A stretch of 34,067 bases of DNA from the NCBI GenBank assembly GCA_964636085.1, contig CAZWPQ010000004.1, forward strand, positions 68,804 to 102,870, written 5' to 3'. Shown here in pieces: positions 1 to 9,929 of the stretch; the stretch's first letter is position 1; every line of letters starts with the position of its first letter. This DNA is from an uncultured Nitrososphaerota archaeon. GTDB taxonomy: Archaea; Asgardarchaeota; Njordarchaeia; Njordarchaeales; Panguiarchaeaceae. The notes under the pieces are model-generated. The model ran no database searches. It saw only the letters and a program-made list of their open reading frames with translations, and had not been told where the DNA came from. The translations under genes were made by a program, and so were the position numbers.

Positions 1-678
1 ACAAAAGGTTACATCCTTAGCTAGTTTTTCTGGGTACTTCTTCATTAGTTTTAGGAGAGTAATGCTTGCGGGTAGTTCACCAACGATCATATCATATTTC
101 CCCTTCAATTTCCTGAAGACATCTTCCACTTTTTCTTTTCCTCTTAAAATTGTGTGGACTTTTTTTGCTACGAGCTTAGGCAGTATATCAAAAGTATGCG
201 AGGCCAAACCACACTCAACAACAGAGATTCCCCGGTTAAATAATAGTTTATCTTTCTCCAGAAATACTATAGCCGCAAAAGTAGGTGCGGATTTTAATAG
301 TAGTTCCATGGATTTCTTAGTCAATGGAAAGAATATCTTCTTAGGCTTTCCTAAGGACGTCCCACTAGTATATGCATATCCAAATATATATTTCTTATAA
401 GGCTTAAACTTATGTTCATCTGGATAATCTTTAGATATCTTTATAGATATTAAATCCTCAGGAGACTCCACACTGAGCAACTCTGGATAATTCTCACGGA
501 CAAAACTAGTCTCCCTTATAGCTTCTTTAAACTCATCAATTAGAACTTGAGCTTGCTCATCCTTGGATAACAATACATATTTCTTCTGCTCTCTCACTAG
601 CCTCATAATGTTAGATTTTCTCACAAGACGAAACAGCCAAGGATTCCTTAGAATTTTTAAAAATCTTCTTATACCCAT
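1..678 (-). CDS. ANL-superfamily adenylate-forming enzyme (phenylacetate-CoA ligase/GH3-like); 3' end lies outside the window
   Basis: Not in the ORF track. Open for 226 codons from ATG 678 (GGAGGTG RBS at 686-692) to the window edge: MGIRRFLKILRNPW...GYAYTSGTSLGKPKKIFF..., matching the ANL P-loop (Y/F)TSG(S/T)TGxPK. Confidence 0.7.
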   Translation of the reverse strand, partial: MGIRRFLKILRNPWLFRLVRKSNIMRLVREQKKYVLLSKDEQAQVLIDEFKEAIRETSFVRENYPELLSVESPEDLISIKISKDYPDEHKFKPYKKYIFGYAYTSGTSLGKPKKIFFPLTKKSMELLLKSAPTFAAIVFLEKDKLLFNRGISVVECGLASHTFDILPKLVAKKVHTILRGKEKVEDVFRKLKGKYDMIVGELPASITLLKLMKKYPEKLAKDVTFC

Positions 679-905
679 AATTATACACCTCCTTATTAAT
701 ACTAACAATATTACGAATTAATCAAATACGAAATATTATATTAAAATAATATCCCTAGCGTATAATCGACTACGATGTAATAATATTCGTATTCAAATAA
801 AATAGAATACATCATATACGCTAAGTAAAAAGATTGGATACTTCTTCATAAAGTCATTATGAGTTATTATATTACTAATTATAAGTTTATTGATGTAGAT
901 TGTGT

Positions 906-1181
906 ATGGTATCGAAATTGAGTGAGGAAGAAGACATAAGGATCGATGTTGTGAAAAAGTCGCCCTTTGTCATGGAGATACGAATACTCTACGGCGATGA
1001 GCTCTTCTACAAACACACAATAGAGTTGAATCCAGAAGTATTCTCTGAGGAGGATGCGCAGAGAATTATGGAGGCTTGGGCAAAGATTCTTCAACTCCAA
1101 GCATATACCATGCATATGTGGAGAGGACTCGCCGATAAATTTTTCAGGACTTTCTTTGATGACTCGCTAGAGGACGAATAA
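906..1181 (+). CDS. Small acidic hypothetical protein (~91 aa)
   Basis: ATG 906 after an AT-rich intergenic region; protein-like composition; overlaps the 3' end of the convergent C25 gene by 38 bp. Confidence 0.6.
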   Translation: MVSKLSEEEDIRIDVVKKSPFVMEIRILYGDELFYKHTIELNPEVFSEEDAQRIMEAWAKILQLQAYTMHMWRGLADKFFRTFFDDSLEDE

Positions 1182-4100
1182 CTCTTTTATAGGCTTTCTT
1201 AATACACATTATCGTCGCTAGTAATAGTATCGATAGAAACAGTGATTGTATAGTCGCCATTATTATATCGGGGGATATTTTACATACATCAAAATTTTTA
1301 GGGGTGTATGAAATACTTTCGTTAAATCCGCAACATTCTTCACATCCATCTTGATCTATAGCATCGCCGTCCCTTGGTGATGGTGAAACTAGTATTGATA
1401 TGACTATCCTATTGCTATTCCCAGCAATGTCTATTGCCTCTATGATAATGATGTTTTCCCCAGTGTGGAGACTTAGTGTTATGTGGGGTTTGGCGGGATA
1501 CAATATATGTACGTAATCTATTATTAGTCTAGTAGATCCTATAGGGACCTCGTCCACGATCTCCCAAGAAATATTGATTTGATCGACGTCCGTGGTAATA
1601 TCTGTGGTATTGGGCTCCATAAGTATAATCCTTGGGGGCTTGCTGTCTATTATGACACTTTTATTAATTGATGTTGACCAACCAGCCAAATCGTAGAAAA
1701 CCACCATTACCTCATATTCGCCATCCTCGATACACAGATTAACCTCACCAGACTGCATGTTGGACGTAAATATTAGTGTGTTGTTAAGATATATCTCTAC
1801 CCTACTTACCCCTGACAAGTCACTAGTACTCCACTCCAATGCTAGTTCCCTCCAAGGGCTTCTTAGGGTAAGATTTACGATCGGAGGGGACAGATCAACA
1901 ATGAAATTGTGGATTATCGATATCTTATTAGCCCCCGTCACCGCTATAGTTAAATTATGTTCACCTTCACTAAGACCTGTACAAAATACATCTAGCATTA
2001 TTGTATCATTGTACTCGGATATATTGTAGACACACACGCTGTCCACCATAATAAGCATGTGTGAGTACATGGAGTATAGCGAATATATCATAACACCAAA
2101 ATCAACATAGCTCTTGTTGACTATATATGGCATATTCCTAATGATTATTGCGGGAAAGAATGACTTATCGGAATCCATTAGGGAGTCCTCAAAATAATCC
2201 CCAGTCAAGTTATCCATAACTATCTCCCTGCTTATAGGTATCGTATGCATGTATTCTGCGTTTTTGCATGATATCTTAAGTCTTATTATCAGTGAGAAAT
2301 TCTCTATATCCTCCAGGACGTCTCCTCTAATACCAATCGATATATCTATGCTATTGGTTATATGTCTCCTAATAGTATCCTTTGCGATTCTAGTCTCAGT
2401 ACCATCAACGGAATAAGACACATCATAACTTATACTGACCTCATCGAAGCCCTTATATAATTTTATGCTAATATCTATATGGCCATATTGCCCATCACCA
2501 TCCCTATCAACGAGTCTTGTCTCTAGGGATTCTATAAATGAATTATAGGTCTGTGTGACATTGAACTCTGCCGATTGTTGTGCCAAGATTACCTTGTTTG
2601 ATCCCACATATTTATATGCCCTTATTAATACTCTGAATTCTCCCTCACCTAAAAATTCCACGGGTATGTTACAGATCTTGAACTCCGTACTTACACCTGG
2701 CCAGTAGAAGATAAATATGCCCATCGCTAATTCCTTTGTATATATTGTCTGCCATGAGTCATCAACCTTCTTTTGTATCAACATTTCTGTCCTTTCAAAA
2801 TGAGGATATATCGAATATCCAGCCATTGTAACTCGTATATCAGATACATTTTTCACTGGGTCAAAGATCTGAGCCGCATATACCTTCTCAATTATTATGT
2901 CTTTTGTATCTGAGTCATCCGAGGTCAAATTATCTAGCTCATAGATTCTTTGTGGAGACATTGTTAACACTGCCAACCGATGCTCCCTTGTTCTTAAAGA
3001 TACCGAAAATGAATAATAGTGCGTTATTAGCGCCTCTTCCTCAGTCGGTGGCTTACCCCAACTACCCCTGCTGTACCATGACCTCAAGCCCCAGGCATAT
3101 TTTATGAGGACTTCTTGTTTGTAGGAATGGATTATGTAAGGCAAGAATGATGAGAGAAGATATACTCGTCCTCCACTCTCCCCGATAACATATCTCCTTA
3201 AGTATAGCATGGCTTCTATATAACCGTCAATCCTAAAGTTGAGCTTTATCCTGAAGTATAAGTCCACAACCTCTATACCCGTATCCCCATCCACACTACG
3301 GGGCTCTATATCCTCAAGAACTATAGAGATCGCGCTCTCAAGAGAATTTGGTGGTACAGAAACTATAATCTCTATTCTGAACTCAGTCCATATACCCGGC
3401 CCAGAATACCACCAAGTATACAGCCAAGGCCACCAGCTAAAGAAATAGTAGTTAATTTTGAGGACCCCGCCATCGCCTGCTAGAGGGCCATTATCAAACA
3501 TAAATGTCAATGTTTGCTCTCCGATATCGGCAGATCTTATGTATATGTTCTGATTTATTCTATTCTTCCCTTCATTCGCATAACTAAAAAACAACCAAGC
3601 CCTAAAACCCCATATCGTTGTATCTATGGAATAATATCCAAAATCTATTGTCGTGTTGATTCTCATAAATTCAAACTTACCATTCCCATCAGTATCCAGT
3701 AGCTCAATTGTAATGTTTTTGAACTCGGCTCCCTTACCCCTAATATACATCCTTTGCTCCATTCCAGTTTCATCAATTATTTTCAGTATGTACACACCAC
3801 CAGAAGGTGGAGCTATGCCAATTGGCGACGCATTCATATACGTAGTCCTAGCGAACGGCTCGGAAAAACTTTTGGTGAACATGGGCGAAACAAGCACATA
3901 TTCCACTAAATCAGAGTCAGTTACATTTAACTCGATAATATTGGACTCCTTGTACTCTGTTGCCTGACCAAATGTAAGCGGTATGGTTATCCATCTTCTA
4001 CTTTCCCTAAGGACATCCACTTTTGGTGGATCTCCTAAGCGCACAAGTCTAGGTAAAGGCAGAAGTGGATCTCCAACAATCATCGCTTCCATTAATGTTC

Positions 4101-5943
4101 TCAAGTTTTCCGAGTACCACATGTTGTTACGGAAGGCATATTCCCTTATGGCGTATTTGAATGCTTCCCCTAGGGTACTAGAGTTCTCATAGATTGCCTC
4201 AAAGAATAGCTTCAGGAAGGCCTGTGCAAATAATAGATATGGGGCCTTCAGCAGGCCATTATCAAAATAAAATGAGAGGGCGCCATACGCTATCCTCGAC
4301 ATTCCAACATACGCTATTCCACCAGCTCTTGAAAATATCATGGCTTGTGAGAAGGAGTGTTTCAGATTGCCATCAAATATTCCATAATCATATGCACCAG
4401 AGGAGCATGCTGGAGCGACAACTATCGGCAATTGACTAGCGTCCTGAAGTGTATCTAGGTATCTGTTATCTATTAGCTTTATCCATCGATGATCAAATTT
4501 TGATAGTTTTACGAAAGATGTCTCTGTTCCATGTGAAAACTGCAGTATGAATATTCTTCCGCCTTTGTATAGCATTCTTACATTCTCTGTGGTATACTTG
4601 GCATTGGTTTCAAAATACTTCTCTATTGTCAAATTACCCAAGTATCCCGAATTTATAATATCTAGTATCGTAGCTTCGCCTGAATAATATAGCGTACCAA
4701 AGGGCATTCCACCCACGACGGCAATCTTCTTTACCCATGTCTTGTTGTTGTAGAATTCATATAGCCAGTTCTTCACCTTGTTTATGTATGTACTTATATC
4801 CTGTTCGCCTATAAATGGTATCCTTGAGACTGCAAATTCTGGATAATAATCATAATCGGGAGAAGCATAAAATATATCGGTCGGTATCCAAGACTGCTCA
4901 GCATTCTTATAATATGCATAAAAGCAACTGTCCCAATAGTAATAGCTAGGAGGGACATCTATTACATTCCCCATCAATATGATATACTTTACGCTGGAGT
5001 TCCTAATGCTTCGCAAGAAACTAATTATTCTTAGTGCTAGGCTATAATTATATTTTGATGCTAGTACATTCCTGAGAGGCTGATTGCCACTAGCAAACCC
5101 AGATAGTGAGGGCATTTCAGCTTCATCAAAATTTTGAAATATCCAGTCTGTATTAACTATACCTATATTGTACTCGGGATGGTAGAGAGAGAAATTCACT
5201 GCGTATTCATAGTATCTCGGAGATACTATGATAATGGCATCGACACAATCAAAATCTCGGTTCCCTAGAACGGGAGGCATTTCCTCAAGATATACCCTTA
5301 TATGAATTTTTTGGAGCAGATATGCCTCGTTACTTGTTAGGTTATACATTATTGTTGCCAACATTATTCTTAGTTTACCATCATCATTCATCCAGTTAAG
5401 AACAGGTTCTCTGGGATAGATACCGCTTTCGACAGGGGGGATTTTGTTTATTCTTTCGAATTCCTTCGTGTAGTTTGTAATATTGAAAATTATGCCCTGG
5501 GGTTGTCGCGCAATATTTGGAACCTCAATAACAATGGCGTCCAGATCAATAGTCTCCACATCCACACACTTCAGGCCCATTGGTAATGCTATCTCCTTTA
5601 TGGTATAGGAGACCGGGGGATGTAGGGGGGCTCCATATATCAGTCTATCTGGGCCATATATGACAAATTTTGTTGCATTGCCCACTATATGGAATGACGA
5701 AAAATTAAAGCGAATCTCATAGTCCTTGTAAATCGATCCAGAATTTGTCGTTGTTTTAAATCTTAGCTTGATTTTTCCATGAGGTATAACGTCAATCCTG
5801 TTAGTGTCCCTTGTCATCAATGGCTTAAGCAAGAGCTTACCTATTTTCTCTTGATCTGCATTAGTCTCGACTCTATGATTGCTAGGATTGGTCACGGTGA
5901 TCGATAGCAACATTATACAGAGTAAAAATATCGTCCTACTCAT
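1144..5943 (-). CDS. Secreted, membrane-anchored peptidase C25 (gingipain-like) with propeptide and repeated beta-sandwich domains
   Basis: Signal peptide (MSRTIFLLCIMLLSI); C25 motifs YIILMGNVIDVP, PTDIFYA, PEFAVSRIP, catalytic-like FSHG and APACSSG, GGIAYVG, IVGDP; C-terminal TM helix followed by a basic tail. Alternative GTG start at 5961. Confidence 0.85.
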   Translation of the reverse strand: MSRTIFLLCIMLLSITVTNPSNHRVETNADQEKIGKLLLKPLMTRDTNRIDVIPHGKIKLRFKTTTNSGSIYKDYEIRFNFSSFHIVGNATKFVIYGPDRLIYGAPLHPPVSYTIKEIALPMGLKCVDVETIDLDAIVIEVPNIARQPQGIIFNITNYTKEFERINKIPPVESGIYPREPVLNWMNDDGKLRIMLATIMYNLTSNEAYLLQKIHIRVYLEEMPPVLGNRDFDCVDAIIIVSPRYYEYAVNFSLYHPEYNIGIVNTDWIFQNFDEAEMPSLSGFASGNQPLRNVLASKYNYSLALRIISFLRSIRNSSVKYIILMGNVIDVPPSYYYWDSCFYAYYKNAEQSWIPTDIFYASPDYDYYPEFAVSRIPFIGEQDISTYINKVKNWLYEFYNNKTWVKKIAVVGGMPFGTLYYSGEATILDIINSGYLGNLTIEKYFETNAKYTTENVRMLYKGGRIFILQFSHGTETSFVKLSKFDHRWIKLIDNRYLDTLQDASQLPIVVAPACSSGAYDYGIFDGNLKHSFSQAMIFSRAGGIAYVGMSRIAYGALSFYFDNGLLKAPYLLFAQAFLKLFFEAIYENSSTLGEAFKYAIREYAFRNNMWYSENLRTLMEAMIVGDPLLPLPRLVRLGDPPKVDVLRESRRWITIPLTFGQATEYKESNIIELNVTDSDLVEYVLVSPMFTKSFSEPFARTTYMNASPIGIAPPSGGVYILKIIDETGMEQRMYIRGKGAEFKNITIELLDTDGNGKFEFMRINTTIDFGYYSIDTTIWGFRAWLFFSYANEGKNRINQNIYIRSADIGEQTLTFMFDNGPLAGDGGVLKINYYFFSWWPWLYTWWYSGPGIWTEFRIEIIVSVPPNSLESAISIVLEDIEPRSVDGDTGIEVVDLYFRIKLNFRIDGYIEAMLYLRRYVIGESGGRVYLLSSFLPYIIHSYKQEVLIKYAWGLRSWYSRGSWGKPPTEEEALITHYYSFSVSLRTREHRLAVLTMSPQRIYELDNLTSDDSDTKDIIIEKVYAAQIFDPVKNVSDIRVTMAGYSIYPHFERTEMLIQKKVDDSWQTIYTKELAMGIFIFYWPGVSTEFKICNIPVEFLGEGEFRVLIRAYKYVGSNKVILAQQSAEFNVTQTYNSFIESLETRLVDRDGDGQYGHIDISIKLYKGFDEVSISYDVSYSVDGTETRIAKDTIRRHITNSIDISIGIRGDVLEDIENFSLIIRLKISCKNAEYMHTIPISREIVMDNLTGDYFEDSLMDSDKSFFPAIIIRNMPYIVNKSYVDFGVMIYSLYSMYSHMLIMVDSVCVYNISEYNDTIMLDVFCTGLSEGEHNLTIAVTGANKISIIHNFIVDLSPPIVNLTLRSPWRELALEWSTSDLSGVSRVEIYLNNTLIFTSNMQSGEVNLCIEDGEYEVMVVFYDLAGWSTSINKSVIIDSKPPRIILMEPNTTDITTDVDQINISWEIVDEVPIGSTRLIIDYVHILYPAKPHITLSLHTGENIIIIEAIDIAGNSNRIVISILVSPSPRDGDAIDQDGCEECCGFNESISYTPKNFDVCKISPDIIMATIQSLFLSILLLATIMCIKKAYKRVIRPLASHQRKS

Positions 5944-6015
5944 GGTATTTAACCCTGCCACATATCTAATCTTAGAATAGTATTGTTTGGATTTAAAGTG
6001 ATTTAGAATTATGTT

Positions 6016-7530
6016 CTACTCACACATGCTTTGATATCTTCTGAGTTCTTCCTCTAATCTTCTGAGCTCTTCTTCTAGTTCTCTTCTCTTGTGTCTGTAC
6101 TCCGCTTCAAGTTTCTTCTCATCCTCTCTGCGTTTCCATTTGAGTTCTCTGAACTCATGTTTGGGGTGTGGTGCAAACATTTTTCCTGTGGAAAATATTG
6201 CCTTGTTTTCAGGCATGAAGACCTTGTTCTTATGTTCCCAGAATCTATCCCCTACAATGGGTGAGCGCGCCCTAGAGTATACATACCGCGTCTTACCGGC
6301 TGGATTCACAAAAGTATACATGCCCGTAATTACATCACTTGTCTTGCCAACCTCAAGAACCTCCTTTTGTGTCTTGTAATCATAATCAAGCAGCCTGAGC
6401 CTCCTTTTGACATCAACTATCTTCATCTTCAGAAACCTTATCTTGCGTTTGCACTCCTCGATATCCATCCCTTTCTTGGTGGAATTAGACATCTTGATGG
6501 ATTTGGATTGTGGTGTCGGCCTATAGGTCCGTGGCTTTGGAGGGGGGGACATAGGCCTAATACTCGTCACTATAGAAGCCGGGATTAGTGGGAAGAGCAT
6601 GCCGAAGAGGTCTGGCGTTAACCGCCATGTCGATAAGATGACTATAATTATTTTCCTAGCTCCATACTCTGCATCCTTGGGGTAAACAAATGTGAAGGCG
6701 CTTACCACCACCTCATCGTCTTCAATGGGATTACTCCACCTAACGTGTGTTTCGGCTGTAAAACCAGAAGCCACAGTCCTACCAGTCAATTCTTTCTCGC
6801 CCGCAGTATGCTGTATTTCTCCACATTGAATATTCATTGTTGCTAGCGCCTCCCTGAGGTATCCATCAACCATGTATTCATCTATAAGTCTCTGGGACAT
6901 TCTAAACACCTTAACTGAGAATGTTAGTGGTCCGATAATTCCCATGACTCCGTCCTGCATTGGGGCTACTATTGTGGGTTTGGGGGCAAAGAAAGTAGCG
7001 AGTTCAGATACTTTGTTTGGCTGGGTCTGCCAGATCCATGAAAACATCTTAAGGGGCGCTCCTATTGGAATACCTGGATCTGTCTTGTCTATCTTATCCA
7101 GTAGGGGGATAAGGCTACTTATGTTTTTTCCTTCCTTATATGATATGCATTTTAGAAAGTATTCACTATATGCCTTTTCACCAGATCCATGAAATACCAG
7201 TTCGACGATGCCTTCAACAATATATTTGCCCCCACTAGTATTTAGCGCCACCTTGAATGTTCGGCGAGGTTTACCTTGATCCTCAACGTTTGAGATGACT
7301 TCTACTGAAGAAACTCTAACCTTAAATATAGTATCTAGGATATATGTGGATATAGCCCTCAGGCCCCTCTCCACAAGGTCTAATGGTAGGACAGCAGCCA
7401 CTATGGCAATATCTTTATTCTTGTTCACGGCATACCTCAGTGGCCTATCAGGTGGACTCATATATCTCCAATTCTGAGGATAGATTAGCCTGATTCCATA
7501 GGCCACATTAGGCATCGAGAATAAATCCAC
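6016..7530 (-). CDS. Hypothetical protein: possible tandem PsbP/Mog1-like domains, Pro-rich linker, C-terminal coiled coil
   Basis: 504-aa ORF; N-terminal YGIRLIYPQNW resembles PsbP-like domain starts; PPPKPRTYRPTP linker; heptad-rich charged C-terminus. The gene is likely real; the fold call is tentative. Confidence 0.6.
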   Translation of the reverse strand: MDLFSMPNVAYGIRLIYPQNWRYMSPPDRPLRYAVNKNKDIAIVAAVLPLDLVERGLRAISTYILDTIFKVRVSSVEVISNVEDQGKPRRTFKVALNTSGGKYIVEGIVELVFHGSGEKAYSEYFLKCISYKEGKNISSLIPLLDKIDKTDPGIPIGAPLKMFSWIWQTQPNKVSELATFFAPKPTIVAPMQDGVMGIIGPLTFSVKVFRMSQRLIDEYMVDGYLREALATMNIQCGEIQHTAGEKELTGRTVASGFTAETHVRWSNPIEDDEVVVSAFTFVYPKDAEYGARKIIIVILSTWRLTPDLFGMLFPLIPASIVTSIRPMSPPPKPRTYRPTPQSKSIKMSNSTKKGMDIEECKRKIRFLKMKIVDVKRRLRLLDYDYKTQKEVLEVGKTSDVITGMYTFVNPAGKTRYVYSRARSPIVGDRFWEHKNKVFMPENKAIFSTGKMFAPHPKHEFRELKWKRREDEKKLEAEYRHKRRELEEELRRLEEELRRYQSMCE

Positions 7531-7729
7531 GCTTAACGCCTCTACACATTACAAAAAATTTTTTGAAAAATAATTTTAAACACACAAATATGTCTAGTCA
7601 TACATGAGGGAAGATATACCAGATTGTTAGTATTGTGACTTTTGCTCTTACTTCAACACATGTCCCCCAATCCTTACCATGGCTTCTTATATTATTGGTC
7701 ATGTTTTAATTGATTAGGGGGTGTCATTG

Positions 7730-8083
7730 TTGGGCAAGACATACATAACAATAAAGCTTATTGGAGACAAAAGGGAAAAAATCCTTCGCCTTATAGTTGA
7801 TACAGGCCCAATGTTCGCTTGGATTAGGCACGAAATCCTAGAAGAATTGGGTGTGAGGCCACGTGGAAAACAGGTTTTCGTTACTATCGAGGAAAGAAAA
7901 ATCATAAGGGAAATTGGGAGCATAGAGGCAGAATTCGATTCCCTAAAAATGCCTATCCCAGTTGTATTCGCGGAACAGGATGACAAGGAAGTTTTTGGAG
8001 CAACTGCTTTAGAAATCTTTGGCTTAGTTGTTGATCCAAAAACCGGCAGAGTGAAAAAAGAAGAAGCATTGCTAGCATTATAG
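7730..8083 (+). CDS. Retropepsin-like clan AA aspartic protease (single domain)
   Basis: LIVDTG catalytic motif and VFGATALE (hhGxxxL) motif; ~117 aa; GGGGGTG RBS upstream of TTG 7730. Confidence 0.85.
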   Translation: MGKTYITIKLIGDKREKILRLIVDTGPMFAWIRHEILEELGVRPRGKQVFVTIEERKIIREIGSIEAEFDSLKMPIPVVFAEQDDKEVFGATALEIFGLVVDPKTGRVKKEEALLAL

Positions 8084-8396
8084 CAGAATTCCTACTTCAC
8101 ATAAAAACAGACTTGAGGTTAACTCATAGAGATCGGTTTTTCTTGAACCATAAGGGGGGCCAATAGTGAGGATTTCCTTGGGGTCTCCATGCTAATATTC
8201 TTAAGCACAACACTATCCCACCATATCCCCGCCGTGGGATTTAGGCGGTACTTTTCACTGAAGCATTACGTTTGATGCTGAATAAAAATGTATTTTAAAA
8301 CATGAATTCGGAAATATGCATTAGCCTAAGTGTACTGGGGGTTTAATCCCTCAGAATTGTTGTTATGGATATCGCTGAGTTGTGGAGGTACTGTCG

Positions 8397-9896
8397 ATGA
8401 GCAAGGATGTGCCAAAGATAGCATTTTTGGGTCTTGATGGTGTCGGTAAGAGTTTTCTTAGAAGTATTATTGAGCGATTCAACCTGAAGTATATGAAGGA
8501 ACTTATGAAACACATAGTGGAGTTTAGAGCCATCCCACCATATACCCCTCTAGCGTGGACTTCCATATTCTCTGGAGTTAATCCGGGGAAACATGGAGTA
8601 TTTGGATTCTTTAAACCAAGGCTCGACGATTATGGCAAGATTGTGGGGTTTGAGGTGAATACATCTAGGGATATTGCGGCACCAAGGATCTTCGAGATCG
8701 CAAATGCTCATGGTCTGAGGAGTATACTCATGAATGTGCCCTTTACTTATCCTATACGCTACATACATGGGTACAGAAACATGATAATTGTGTCCGATTG
8801 GACGTCTCCAGTTCAGAAGATCTTCCCAGAGTCCATAGATTCTAGACTTAGAGGGGATCCCACATATGGGAAATATGTTGGCATGAATCCCCCAAGCGAA
8901 TGGTATGAAGCGTCATCAGTGAAGGGATACATGAATATGTTGAGAATGTATATTGAGGGTAGAATCGCCATATACTATCAGTTGCTTGAAGAATATGAAT
9001 GGGACTGTCTCTTTATTGTTTTTAGTGTATTCGATTGGATACTCCATCATGTTCGATTCAAAAAACTATGGCTGTTCGACGAGAACGTTCGTGGCTATGC
9101 TATGGAGATATTTAGAGCGATAGATAGGTTTATAGGCTTTGTAATTAAGAGCTCAGATATCGTATTTATTGGAAGCGACCACAACTTCTCTAGGAAAACT
9201 CTGGCCTTCAGAGTGTACAATTTTCTTGAAGGTATGGGGCTGGCGAATCTAAAGTTTCCATTCAAAGTGTATTACCAGTTGAGGACGAATTTGGGGCCAA
9301 ACATACTTAGGAGAATTTTATCAATCGCCAAGAAGGCAGGAAAAAGATTAAAGCGAGGAGGCACAAAACATAGAGGCGGTTTAGTTATGTTTATTGAACC
9401 CACAAGTCTCGGTCTATACATACAAAAAGGCGAAAAATATGATGCCATAAAGAGGAGCATCCTCAATAAGGGTAACAGATTTCCATTCGTTAAATTTTTC
9501 ACCAATGACATCCTATACTGGGGCCCACATGTTGGCAATGCTCCAGACATAGTAATAATCCCACGCGAATTTGTTCAGTTAAGTACTTGGGGATTAACAA
9601 TATGGAGTCGGGTTAACACACTAAATCATGGATATAACGCCATATTCTCATATGTAGCGAGCTCGCCAGAGTTAAGAAAAATGATGGAGTATTTGCCGCT
9701 GAATGAAATGACAATATATGATGTGACACCAATAATGCTATATGTAATGAATTTGTTCGCCCCATACTATTTTGACACAAGCCATTGCATAGCAAAAAAA
9801 ATAATGAGCCAACTAGACACAGAGTCTCTAGACAAAAATTTGTATAGACTCAAACGTCTACTAAAGGTATTCAGGATAGCAAAGAAAAAACATTAG
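8397..9896 (+). CDS. Alkaline phosphatase superfamily phosphodiesterase/nucleotide pyrophosphatase-like protein
   Basis: FLGLDG, IPPYTPLAWTSIFSGVNPGKHGVFGF (Thr nucleophile), DWILH, SDHNF and a C-terminal His motif; GGAGGT RBS. Confidence 0.85.
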   Translation: MSKDVPKIAFLGLDGVGKSFLRSIIERFNLKYMKELMKHIVEFRAIPPYTPLAWTSIFSGVNPGKHGVFGFFKPRLDDYGKIVGFEVNTSRDIAAPRIFEIANAHGLRSILMNVPFTYPIRYIHGYRNMIIVSDWTSPVQKIFPESIDSRLRGDPTYGKYVGMNPPSEWYEASSVKGYMNMLRMYIEGRIAIYYQLLEEYEWDCLFIVFSVFDWILHHVRFKKLWLFDENVRGYAMEIFRAIDRFIGFVIKSSDIVFIGSDHNFSRKTLAFRVYNFLEGMGLANLKFPFKVYYQLRTNLGPNILRRILSIAKKAGKRLKRGGTKHRGGLVMFIEPTSLGLYIQKGEKYDAIKRSILNKGNRFPFVKFFTNDILYWGPHVGNAPDIVIIPREFVQLSTWGLTIWSRVNTLNHGYNAIFSYVASSPELRKMMEYLPLNEMTIYDVTPIMLYVMNLFAPYYFDTSHCIAKKIMSQLDTESLDKNLYRLKRLLKVFRIAKKKH

Positions 9897-9929
9897 CTCT
9901 GGGCCATATGAACTGTATATGGTGTGTGC

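Noticed and set aside
62-400. 112-aa plus-strand ORF
   Set aside because: Antisense shadow of the ANL gene, which has an RBS and a motif.
7730-8083. Retroelement or provirus suggested by the retropepsin
   Set aside because: No RT, integrase or capsid gene nearby; stand-alone clan AA proteases are common in archaea.
8347-8357. TCCCTCAGAAT shared with 30668-30678 as a possible att pair
   Set aside because: An 11-bp match is expected by chance in 34 kb, and the enclosed genes are largely housekeeping.
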